Under the pieces are notes generated by a model, which did not search any database, was not told the origin of the DNA, and saw only the letters and a list, made by a program, of their open reading frames with translations. Below are positions 51,412-62,435 of a DNA stretch of 64,000 bases, piece by piece (within the stretch, counting starts at the first letter, position 1; each line of letters begins with the position of its first letter). The position numbers were made by a program, and so were the translations under genes. The stretch comes from Phaeosaccion multiseriatum (lineage: Eukaryota > Protista > Ochrophyta, other classes). The DNA lies in the NCBI GenBank assembly GCA_965112735.1, contig OZ218950.1, forward strand, positions 1,550,001 to 1,614,000, given 5' to 3'.

Positions 51412-53300
51412 TCGGCCCCAGACTGGCCTAGAAGCCTATGCTCTAGGCCGGCCATTTTTTCTCCCTAGGCCGGCGGTTCTAGGCCTAGGCCTCGACCTAT
51501 CTGATTACTGATTACGGCCGGCGCAGCCGGCCTGATTACTGATTACTGATTTTGGCGCCAGCCGGCCTGGTTGCTGATTGCAGCCGGTGACCAGCCGGCC
51601 TGATTACTGATTATGCGCCAGCCGGGGGCTGATTACTGATTACGGCCGGCGCACACCGTAACCTTGTCCAGGGTCGAAGGGAGGGAGGGAGGGAGGGAGG
51701 GAGGGAGGGAGGGGGGAGGGAGGGAGGGAGGGAGGGAGGGAGGGAGGGAGGGAGGGAGGGAGGGAGGGACAGAGGGGTAGAGGGATAGAAGGAGGTAGGG
51801 AGGGATGTAAAACGACAAGCGCTGTCGCCTACAGATAGTGTAAAACGACATGCGCTGTCGCCTACAGATAGGATAGAACTAGACACACGGACAAGGCAGC
51901 AACCCCAAAGCCAGCCTAGCAGATAGTCTTGCCTCTATTAACTTATCGCATGCTAGTCCTAAACGACCACCTACGCACATAGGATAGTGAGAGCCACGCC
52001 ACTCGTGTTCTCACCGTATCTGCCTGGGCCTGGGCCATTGACTTACGAATCGACTTTCCACAGGGAGGAATAGCGGGATAGAGGGAGGGAGGGAGGGATG
52101 GAGGGAGGGGCGGAGGGAGGGGCGGAGGGAGGGAGGGAGGGAGCGAGGGAGGGAGGGAGGGACAGTGGGATAGACGGATACGAGGAGGTAGGGAGGGCGG
52201 AGGGATAGCGGGATAGAGGGAGGGAGGGGGGGAGGGATAGAAGGAAGGAGGAAGGGAGGGGCGGAGGGAGGGAGGGAGGGAGGGAGGGAGGGAGGGAGGG
52301 AGGGAGGGAGGGAGGGAGGGAGGGAGGGAGGGAGGGAGGGAGGGAGGGAGGGAGGGAGGGAGGGAGGGAGGGAGGGAGGGAGGGAGGGAGGGAGGGAGGG
52401 AGGGAGGGAGGGAGGGAAGGAGGGAGAGTGGGAGGGAGGGATAGAAGGAAGGAGGAAGGGAGGGTGGGAGGCAGGGAGGGAGGGTGGGAGGCAGGCAGGG
52501 AGGGAGGCAGGGAGGGAGGGAGGGAGGGAGGGAGGGAGGGAGGGAGGGAGAGAGGGAGGCAGGGAGGGAGGGTGGGAGGCAGGCAGGCAGGGAGGGAGGG
52601 AGGGAGGGAGGTGGGGAGGGAGGGAGGGAGGGAGGGAGGGAGGGAGGGAGGGAGGGAGGGAGGGAGGGAGGGAGGGAGGGAGGGAAGGTGGGAGGCAGGC
52701 AGGCAGGGAGGGAGGGAGGGGGGGAGGCAGGGAGGGAGAGGGAGAGGGAGGCAGGGAGGGATGGTGGGAGGCAGGCAGGCGGAAGGAGGGAGGGAGGCAG
52801 GGAGGGATAGAAAGCGGGAGGGAGGGAGGGAGGGAGGCAGGCAGGGATAGAAAGCGGGAGGGAGGGAGGGAGGGAGGGAGGGAGGGAGGGAGGGACGGAG
52901 GCAGGGAGGGAGGGTGGGAGGCAGGCAGGTAGGTAGGGAGGGAGGGAGGGAGAGAGAGAGGGAGGCAGGGAGGGAGGGTGGGAGGCAGGCAGGCGGAAGG
53001 AGGGAGGCAGGCAGGGATAGAAAGCGGGAGGGAGGGAGGGAGGGAGGGAGTCGGCCCCGGACAAGATTGTCTGATTACTGATTACGGCTGGCGCAGCCGG
53101 CCTGGTTGGGTGACCAGCCGGCCTGAGTACTGATTATGCGCCAGCGGGGGGCTGATTACTGATTGCGGTCCCGGCGCACACCGTAATCGTAATCTTGTCC
53201 AGGGTCGATAGGCCTAGGCCGGGGGGGCTGCGCCAAAAATAGGCTTAGGCCGGCCAAATTTCGACTCTAGGCCTAGGCTTCTAGGCCAGTCTGGGGCCGA
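51412..53300. mobile_element. Non-autonomous composite TIR element, copy A (1889 bp)
   Basis: Perfect 27-bp TIR TCGGCCCCAGACTGGCCTAGAAGCCTA (51412-51438; reverse complement at 53274-53300), with AAT on both sides. Contains two direct-repeat modules (51492-51677, 53051-53208) rich in CTGATTACTGATTA and GCCGGC, GGGA arrays and a unique core. No transposase ORF. Confidence 0.85.
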
Positions 53301-53307
53301 AATAATA

Positions 53308-55304
53308 TCAGATAAGAAGATCAGACATCTCGGAATGATCGTCACGGGCGGTTCCCCCAGCAGAGGCGCTGGCGGCCTGCGTGCGATGGGTCATGCGGTC
53401 GAGCTCCTGTGCCTTCTCTCCCTCTCCCTCTTCCTCTCCCTCCTTCTCCTCCTCGGCCCCCTCCTCGAGCTCAGCAGACACCTTCTCCTCTTGCATTGTA
53501 CTCTCGAGACTGACGATGCCCATGGGAGACGGATTGACGAGCACAGCGTGCTGGATGTCCTTGCCAGCGGCTTCGATCGCCTCATCCTCCTCCTCGCCAG
53601 CGATGAAGGCGCGGCCCGAGGGGGTGGTGGTTGGAGTGTAGCAGAAGCTCAGGACAAGCACGTAGGAGTTGATGAGGCCGTTGAATAGGGCAAACGACAC
53701 GCTGCCCATGTGAAAGGGCATGAAGATGCCCGTGAAGAGCGCGAAGAGGACGATGGCGATGGTGATGACGGTGAGGACGAAGATGAACTGGTGGGGGATG
53801 CTGAGCCGGGCCATGGCAGCTCCGGCCTTGAAGCACGCCCAAGCGAGCCAAGCAAGGTAGATGGCCCCGAAGAGAAGCAGGAGCACCTTTGATGGAGGAC
53901 AAAGAGGGGCAGAGACAAAGAGGGGCAGAGTCGAAGGTGAGAGGGAGGCTCGTGGTTGTTCGCCTTTAAAGACGTTACAGATGTTGCGCCCTTACCTTTG
54001 CCCCGCTGATGGAGCCCGAGAAGACCTTTTCGGTGGGGTCCGCGAGACCATCCGAGTACGTGTCGGTGTAGGAGATGATGGCTGCGAGCCAGATGCCGCC
54101 GAGGATGATGGCCTTGGCGAGGTACGGGCGAAGCGCCTTGGCTCCTCTCTGCTCCAGAAGCGGGGCCTGCGGCGTCTGCGAGCCGTTACCAATGTCCTCC
54201 AACGAGTCCAGCCAGAAGCACAGGAGGGCGCACAGGAAGGTGGCGAACACAATCGAATAGAAGGTGGACCAGCCCGTCTGCTGGCTGCTGAAGATCTCGG
54301 CGGCGTAGAACGGGTTGTTGAACAAGAGAAGCAGGCCCAACAGGGCAGCTGCCCACTTCTGCTGCCTCGAGAAGCTGGTAGCCCCGTCATCCACGTGCTT
54401 GGCCATGCTCGTGTACAAGCCGAGGCGGGGTAGGAACATGGCGAGGAGAGTAACGAAGCACATACACGAGTACCACGTGAGCAGGAACCAGCTCCACTGC
54501 TCGTGGACGTGCACGGCGTCGAACTCGTGCTGCCAACCGGAGGTCACGGGCTCAGTGAGTCCGCTCACTCCTGGATGAGGTAGAGCAGAGCGTAGGGCAG
54601 TCAAGAGGGTCAGAGGGCGATGATTGGAGAACGCCGGGCAGGTCTTTGCAGGTCCTGTCACATCCCTCACCTTTGATGGAGTCGAGGGAGTCTTCGTCAG
54701 TGAGGGCCTGCAGGCCGCTCAGAACCGAAACTTCGAAGAAGTAGCGCGAGAACTCGAGGTTGTTCTCACGCGCCATGCCCTCCCAGCTGCACCACTTCTC
54801 GCCGCGCTTGCACGTGACCATGCGGTCCATCCTCTTCTCATCGTCGAGCAGCTCGCAGTTGAGGCCCGCCTCGGCGTCCCCGTTGGGGCAGTCGAAGCAT
54901 CCGGCCGGGCAGGCATCTGTGCTGGCCAAGTCCGAGTTGGAGCCGTAGCTCGTGACGCGGTACTTGTTGGTGAAGGTGATGTCCTGGTCGAGCGAGACGG
55001 GCAGGCTCATCCTCGTCTTGACGAAAAGGACCTGATGCCACCGCTCGACGCCCGTCAAGGAGAACTTGGTCGTCAAGCTCGGCGCAGCCTGCCCCTCGGT
55101 GGTCGTGGTGTCGACGTTGAAGACGTGCGGCCCTGTGGACCCGAGGATGAGCCACAGGAGGAAGGACGCACAGTAGGCCAAGGCCAGGTACTTGACTCCA
55201 TGGCACTTGCTGAAGGGCGCTTTGTCGATGCGCGTGAGGGAGAACTTCAGCTCCGCACGATCTTCCTCGGTGGATACATGCTTGCTTCGGTGGAGGAATT
55301 TCAT
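53308..55304 (-). CDS. TMEM181: TMEM181 / Wntless-like multi-pass membrane protein, copy 1
   Basis: Exons 55304-54671, 54570-53996, 53886-53308. QQKWAAALLGLLLLFNNPFY, FLCALLCFWL, YLAKAIILGGIW, FNGLINSYVLVLSFCYTP match TMEM181 motifs. Confidence 0.85.
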
Positions 55305-55855
55305 CCTCTGTCTCACACTTGTTTGCTATCGCGACACTCTGCTGGAGGCTTGTTGAGATGGCGCCGTTGGTTTGGTCACTGTGTGCCTGGCTAATAATGA
55401 AGCTTACTGTTGCTAACGGTTGCACAGAGCCTTTTTTGAGGGGCAACACAGCAGTTGGTGATACACTTGCAACTGGACCCCTGCTCAAACGGGAGGCCGT
55501 AGTCGGCCTTTGTGCAGCAGAGGTACAGCCCCAGAAAGGTCAATCGAACACGCACCCTCTGCTAAGAAACCCGGAGAAGGGCGGAGTGCGTGCGTGCGTG
55601 CGTGCGTGCGTGCGTTCATGCTCTCGTGCGTGAAACAGTCCAGGCCAATGGAAATGATCCGCTGTGGCTCAGTGAGCGCTCACACCAGTCCATGGTCGAG
55701 AGAGGAGCTCAACAGGGCTTCACTAGCACAGCCCTCTCGCCTTCTCCTTTATCTGATTCCCGAAACAATGTACGCTACCATGTCTCTGGCGGTTCCCACA
55801 CTTAAGTGTATATACACCATTTAATCACCGACAGCTGCAGTCATCTCCTCCTCGC

Positions 55856-57982
55856 TCACATCCGTATCCAGCGAGTCCCACAAGCTTGCCACTTGACGAC
55901 TTCCTTCACCCTCTCCGGCTCCTCCTCCTCCTCCTCCTCATCTTGCTCCTCCTCGTCTTCCTCCTCCTCCTCCTCTTGATCCTCTTCGTCCTCTTCTTCC
56001 TCCTCCTCACCCACTTTCTTCTCCTCCTCTTCCCCCTCCTCTTCCTGCTCCTCCTCCCCCTCCTCGTGGAACTGAGACACCTTCTCCTCTTGGGGCCATT
56101 GTTGAGCCTGCCCGACTATCTTGGTGTCTTGGCCAGCCTCCTCCCCCTTCTCGACCTCCTCCTCCTCCCCCTCCTCCTCCTTCTCCTCATCCTCCTCCTC
56201 GCCGGTGATGAAGGCGCGGCCCAACGGGGTACTGATCGGGGTGAAGCAAAAGCTCAGGACGAGCACGTAGGAGTTGATGGGGCCATTGAATAGGGCAAAC
56301 GACACGCTGCCCATGTGCACGGGCATGAAGATGCCGATCAAGAAGGCGCAGAGGACGATGGCGATGGTGATGACCGTGAGGACGAAGATAAGCTGGCGGG
56401 GGATACTGAGCCGCGCCACGGCAGCTTCGGCCTTGAAGCACGCCCAAGAGAGCCAAGCAAGGTAGATGGCCCCGAAGAGAAGCAAGAACACCTTCACAGG
56501 ACAAAGAGGGGCAGAGACAAGAGGGCAGAAGCAACAGAGGCATCATTCGTGAATCACTTCGCTCTTCGCTTCTCGTCTGTCTTTGAGGGAAGCATCTAGC
56601 TTGCCGTCTTGCCTTTGCTGCTTTTATGGTGCTCAACAAAACGTCTTCAGTTGGGTCGGCGAGACTGTCGGTGTGGGCTTTTGTGCCAGCGATGACGACC
56701 GCAAGCCAGATGCCGCCGAGCACGAGTGCTTTGGCAAGGTACGGGCGAAGCGCCTTGGCTCCTCTCTGCTCCAGAAGTGGGGCCTGCTGTCGCTGCGAGC
56801 CGTTACCAATGTCCTCCAGCGAGTCCAGCCAGAAGCACAGGAGGGCGCACAGGAAGGTGGCGAACACGATCGAGTAGAAAGTTGCATAGCCAGTCTGGTG
56901 GTCCGTGAAGATCTCGACGGCGTAGAACGGGTTATTGAACAAGAGGAGCATGCCTAGCAAGGCCGCTACCCACTTCTGCTGCCTCGAGAAGGTGATAGCT
57001 CTGTTGTCCACTTGGTTAGCCATGCTCGTGTACAAGCCGAGGCGGGGTAGGAACATGGCGAGGAGAGTAACGAAGCACATACACGAGTACCAAGTCAGCA
57101 GAAACCAGCTCCACTGCTCGTGGACGTGAATGGCGTCGAACTGATGCTGCCAACCGGAGGTCACCGGCTCAGTGAGTCCGCTCACTCCTGGATGAGGTAG
57201 AGCAGAGCGGTTGAGAGCTGTCAGACATGATGCATCGCGTGGCAGGGAGCCGAGATGGAGCTAGGACACTGACGATGAGACCCCCTGTCAAGCAGGTCAA
57301 GCCACTCCTCACCTTTGATGGAGTCGAAGGACTCCTCCTCGGTGAGTGCTTGCAGAGCGCTCAGAACCGACACTCGAAAGAAGTAGCGCGAGAAGTCGAG
57401 ATTGTTCTCACGCGCAATGCTCTCCCAACTGCACCACTTCTCGCCGCGCTTACACGTTACCATACGGTCCATCCTCTCCTCGTAGTCCAGCAGCTCGCAG
57501 TCCAGGCCCGCCTCCTCGTCTCCATTGGGACAGCTGAAGCATCCGGCCGGACAGGCCTCTGTGCTGGCCAAGTCCGAGTTGGAGCCGTAGCTCGTGATCT
57601 GGTACTTGTTGATAAAGGTGATGTCCTGGTCGAGAGAGACCGGCACGCTCATTCTCGTCCTTACGAAAAGGACCTGATGCCAGCTTTCCACGCCGTCTAT
57701 TGAGAACTTTGCTGCCAAACTTGGCGCGGGCTGCTCCTCGGTGGTCGCGGTGTCCACGTTGAAGATGCGGGGCCCTGTGGACCCGATAATGAGCCACATG
57801 ACGACCATCGCACAGTAGGCCAAGGCCAGGTACTTGACTCCTTCGCACTTGCTGAAGGGAGCTCGGTCGATACGCGTGAGCGAGAACTTTAGTGGCTCCG
57901 ACCGGTCCTCCTCGGTTGAGGCGTGCTTGCTTCGGTGGAGGAATTTCATCCCCTCTGCCCACAGACTTTCCATTGCGGCCAT
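55856..57982 (-). CDS. TMEM181: TMEM181 / Wntless-like protein, copy 2 (most diverged, GC-AG second intron, Glu-rich tail)
   Basis: Same three-exon layout and motifs as copy 1; second donor is AAG|GCAAGA at 56612; long acidic C-terminus. Confidence 0.8.
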
Positions 57983-58209
57983 CTCCTGGTGACCTGCTGA
58001 GATAACGATCACACCGTCGCCCCGTCCCTGCGTGCCAAAGTCCTACAGCATCGTAACTTATTCAAAAATCGGGCCTTTTCCAGTCCCGTGCGTGCTCGAC
58101 ACCCAAAACCAGAAACCAAGACACCCAAAGAAAGGAATGGGGGGGTACATGTATATAATATTCATATAATTGCTTTACAACAACAGCACGGAGATGGCTT
58201 GGATATAAC

Positions 58210-60215
58210 CTAGATAAGCACATCAGATGTCTCGGAGTGATCGTCGCGGACGCTTCCCCCAGCAGAGGCGCTCTGCGTGCGATGGGTCATGCGCTCGAGC
58301 TGCTGTGCCTTCTCTCCCTCTCCCTCTTCCTCTCCCTCCTTCTCCTCCTCGGCCCCCTCCTCAGAAAGCATCTCGTCGACCTCAGCCACCTTCTCCTCTT
58401 GGGCGCCCTCTCCCTTAGTGGGAGACTGCTGCACCATCCAACTTGCGATTTCCTCCTCCTTCCCGATCTCCTCGCCGGCGATGAAGGCGCGGCCCGAGGG
58501 GGTGACGGTCGGAGTGTAGCAGAAGCTCAGGACAAGCACGTAGGAGTTGATGAGGCCGTTGAATAGGGCAAACGACACGCTGCCCATGTGAAAGGGCATG
58601 AAGATGCCCGTGAAGAGCGCGAAGAGGACGATGGCGATGGTGATGACGGTGAGGACGAAGATGAACTGGTGGGGGATGCTGAGCCGGGCCATGGCAGCTC
58701 CGGCCTTGAAGCAGGCCCAAGAGAGCCAAGCAAGGTAGATGGCCCCGAAGAGAAGCAGGAGCACCTTCGGAGGACAAAGGGAGCAGATACAAAGAGGGGT
58801 AGAGTCGGAGGTGAGCGGCACGGCTTTTCGCCGCTCACTTCTGTGGTGGCGGGGTCGCTCTTACCTTCGCGCCGCTTACGCTGCCCGTGAAGACTGCGTC
58901 AGTGGGATCTGCGAGACTGTCGGTGTAGGTGTCTGTGTACGAGAGGATCGCCCCGAGCCAGATGCCGCCGAGGATGATGGCCTTGGCGAGGTACGGGCGA
59001 AGCGCCTTGGCTCCTCTCTGCTCCAGGAGCGGGGCCTGCTGTCGCTGCGAGCCGTTACCAATGTCCTCCAACGAGTCCAGCCAGAAGCACAGGAGGGCGC
59101 ACAGGAAGGTGGCGAACACGATCGAATAGAAGGTGGCGTAACCTGTCTGCTGGCTGCTGAAGATCTCGGCGGCGTAGAACGGGTTGTTGAACAAGAGAAG
59201 CAGGCCCAACAGGGCAGCTGCCCACTTCTGCTGCCTCGAGAAGCTGGCAGCCCCGTCATCCACTTGCCTCGCCATGCTCGTGTACAAGCCGAGGCGGGGT
59301 AGGAACATGGCCAGGAGAGTAACGAAGCACATGCACGAGTACCAAGTCAGCAGAAACCAGCTCCACTGCTCGTGAACGTGCACGGCGTCGAACTCGTGCT
59401 GCCAACCGGAGGTCACCGGCTCAGTGAGCCCGCTCACTCCTGGATGAGGTAGAGCAGAGCACAGGGCAATTAAGAGGGTGAGAACTGAGATAAGTATCGT
59501 GTGGCCGAGACGGGCGATGCTTGGAGAAACTGGACTGGAGAACGCCCGGCAGGTCTTTGCAGGTCATGTCAATCCCCTCACCTTTGATAGAGTCGAGGGA
59601 GTCTTCGTCAGTGAGGGCCTGCAGGCCGCTCAGAACCGAAACTTCGAAGAAGTAGCGCGAGAACTCGAGGTCGTTCTCACGCGCCATGCCCTCCCAGCTG
59701 CACCACTTCTCGCCGCGCTTGCACGTGACCATGCGGTCCATCCTCTTCTCATCGTCGAGCAGCTCGCAGTCGAGACCCGCCTCCATGTCTCCCTTAGGAC
59801 AGCTGAAGCATCCGGCCGGACAGGAGTCCGTTCTGGCCAAGTCCGAGTTGGAGCCGTAGCTCGTGACGCGGTACGTGTTGGTGAAGGTGATGTCCTGGTC
59901 GAGCGAGACCGGCAGGCTCATCCTCGTCTTGACGAAAAGGACCTGATGCCACCGCTCGACGCCCGTCAAGGAGAACTTGGTCGTCAAGCTCGGCGCGGTC
60001 TGCTCGTCGGTGGTCGTGGTGTCGACGTTGAAGATGCGGGGCCCTGTGGACCCGACGATGAGCCACAGGAGGACCATCGCACAGTAGGCCAAGGCCAGGT
60101 TTTTAACTCCCTTGCACTTGCTGAAGGGCGCTTTGTCGATGCGCGTGAGCGAGAACTTCAGCTCCGCACGATCTTCCTCGGTTGATACATGCTTGCTTCG
60201 GTGGAGGAATTTCAT
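58210..60215 (-). CDS. TMEM181: TMEM181 / Wntless-like protein, copy 3
   Basis: Near-identical to copy 1, including about 450 bp of upstream sequence (55305-55748 vs 60216-60688). Confidence 0.85.
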
Positions 60216-60690
60216 CCTCTGTCTCACACTTGTTTCCGATCGCGACACTCTGCTGGAGGCTTGTTGAGATCGCGCCGCTGGCTTAGGCCACTGTGTACCT
60301 GACTTAGGGTCGATATAATGAAGCAGCTTCGCTGTTGCTAACGGTTGCACAGAGCCTTTTTTGAGGGGCAACACAGCAGTTGGTGATACACTTGCAAAAC
60401 TGGACCCCTGCTCCAAACTGGACCCCTGCTCCAACGGGAGGCCGTAGTCAGGCCTTTGTGCAGCAGAGGTAAAGCCCCAGAAAGGTCAATCCAACACGCA
60501 CCCTCTGCAACGAGAACCCGGAGAAGGGCGGAGTGCGTGAGTGGGTGCGTGCGTTCATGCTTTCGTGCGTGTAACAGTCCAGGCCAATGAAGATGGTCCA
60601 CTGTGGCTCAGTGAGCGCTCACACCAGTCCATGGTCGAAAAGAAGGGCTCAGCAGGGCTTCACTAGCGCAGCCCTCTCGCCTTCTCCCTT

Positions 60691-61716
60691 ACCTCCCTCC
60701 CTCCCTCCCTCCCTCCCTCCCTCCCTCCCTCCCTCCTTCCCTCCCTCCCTCCGCCCCTCCCTTCCTCCTTCCTCCTACCCCTCCCCCCCTCCCTCTATCC
60801 CGCTATCCCTCCGCCCTCCCTACCTCCTCGTATCCGTAGATCCTACTGTCCCTCCCTCCCTCCCTCGCTCCCTCCCCCCTCCCTCCCTCCCTCCCTCCGC
60901 CCCTCTCTTTCTCCCTCCATCCCTCCCTCCCTCCCTCCATCCCGCTATTCCTCCCTGTGGAAAGTCGATTCGTAAGTCAATGGCCCAGGCCCAGGCAGAT
61001 ACGGTGAGAACGAGTGGCGTGGCTCTCACTGTCCTATGTGCGTAGGTGGTTGATTAGGACTAGCATGCGATAAGTGAATAGAGGCAAGGCTGGCTGCTAG
61101 GCTGGCTTTGGGGTTGCTGGTACCTTGTCCGTGTGTCTAGTTCTATCCTATCTGTAGGCGACAGCGCATGTCGTTTTACATCCCTCCCTACCTCCTATCC
61201 CTCTACCCCTCTGTCCCTCCCTCCCTCCCACCCTCCCTCCCTCCCTCCCTCTACCCCTCCCACCCTCCCTCTGTTCCTCTGTCCCTCTGTCCCTCCCTCC
61301 CTCCCTCCCTCCCTCCCTCCCTCCCTCCCTCCCTCCCTCCCTCCATCCCTCCCTCCCTCCCCTCGACCCTGGACAAGATTACGGTGTGCGCCGGCCGTAA
61401 TCAGTAATCAGCCCCCGGCTGGCGCATAATCAGGCCGGCTGGTCGCCGGAATGAGCTGGCGCCGGCAGTAATCAGTAATCTGATAACCTCTTCCAGGGCC
61501 GAAACCAGGCCGGCTGGCGCAGGCCATTTCCTCGGGCTGGCGCCATAATCAGTAATCAGACCGGCTGGCGCCGGTCATAATCAGTCATCAGGCCGGCTGC
61601 GCCGCCGGCCGGCCGCAATCAGTGATCAGATAGGTCGAGGCCTAGGCCTAGAACCGCCGGCCTAGGGAGAAAAAATGGCCGGCCTAGGGCCTAGAGCATA
61701 GGCAGTCCGGAGCCGA
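60691..61716. mobile_element. Truncated, inverted copy B of the composite TIR element
   Basis: Reverse complement of about 51412-52300: same unique core (GGAAAGTCGATTCGTAAGTCAATGGCCCAGG..), module TCGACCCTGGACAAGATT at 61363, and a degenerate outer end CAGTCCGGAGCCGA finishing at 61716. Confidence 0.85.
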
Positions 61717-61833
61717 GTCCAGGTGATTCCCATTTGAATAAGTCAATAAATTACCACATGGGCGTCTCTCCCTGGCTGGTATCAACTTTGTGCCGATGGG
61801 GAGAACTGACGCTTCGGAATACAACCTCTGCGG

Positions 61834-61932
61834 TCGGCCCCTGACAAGGTTCTGAGGCGACCCAGGCCAGAACCTGGAACCTGGCCGGCTGACGCCGACC
61901 AGAACCTGGAACCCGGCCGGCTGGCGCCGACA
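61834..61932. mobile_element. MITE-like fragment of the TCGGCCCCTGAC family
   Basis: TCGGCCCCTGACAAGGTTCTGAGGCGACCCAGGCCAGAACCTGGAACCTGGCC is the reverse complement of 45666-45718. Confidence 0.7.
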
Positions 61933-62023
61933 TTACTTTTAGACAATCATAGATGGCACTTGAGGTTTCTCTCTTCATGTCATGTCAAAATAAAGTGTTC
62001 AACGCCGTAACTTTTCCCTTGCT

Positions 62024-62385
62024 ATGGGAGAGGGTCTCCGTATCGAGAAGACAAGACTATCCTTTCTCCTCATTGCCCTTCTTCTCACCGTCTGGGGCAG
62101 CAGTTTCGGTCCCCAAGGAAGTACCGAAGCCGTATTTGTTCAGGCCTTTGTGCAGCAGGGGCCTGTAGGCCGTAGATGTCACAACAAAACGGTAACTCGA
62201 GCTGTGGGGGGGTTGAGCCCATTTCCAGCCGACACAGGGCCAGCTGGTGCTGTAGAAGGGATTGAGGAGACCCACCAAGATTGGTGTCGGAGGGGCTTCC
62301 TTTTCTTCAAGGTGAGCTCCGCAAATCCACCCCCGCTGCTCCGGTCCTATCTCTCCCTTGACCCCTGTCTCTCTCTCTGTATCTA

Positions 62386-62435
<50 letters not shown>

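Noticed and set aside
51806-51850. TGTAAAACGAC matches the start of the M13 forward primer (vector contamination)
   Set aside because: Only 11 nt match, it is part of a hairpin repeated in both element copies, and no other vector sequence is adjacent.
51943-53064. 373-aa PPSL-repeat ORF as a transposase or extensin
   Set aside because: It is the (CCCT)n microsatellite read in frame, with no catalytic motifs.
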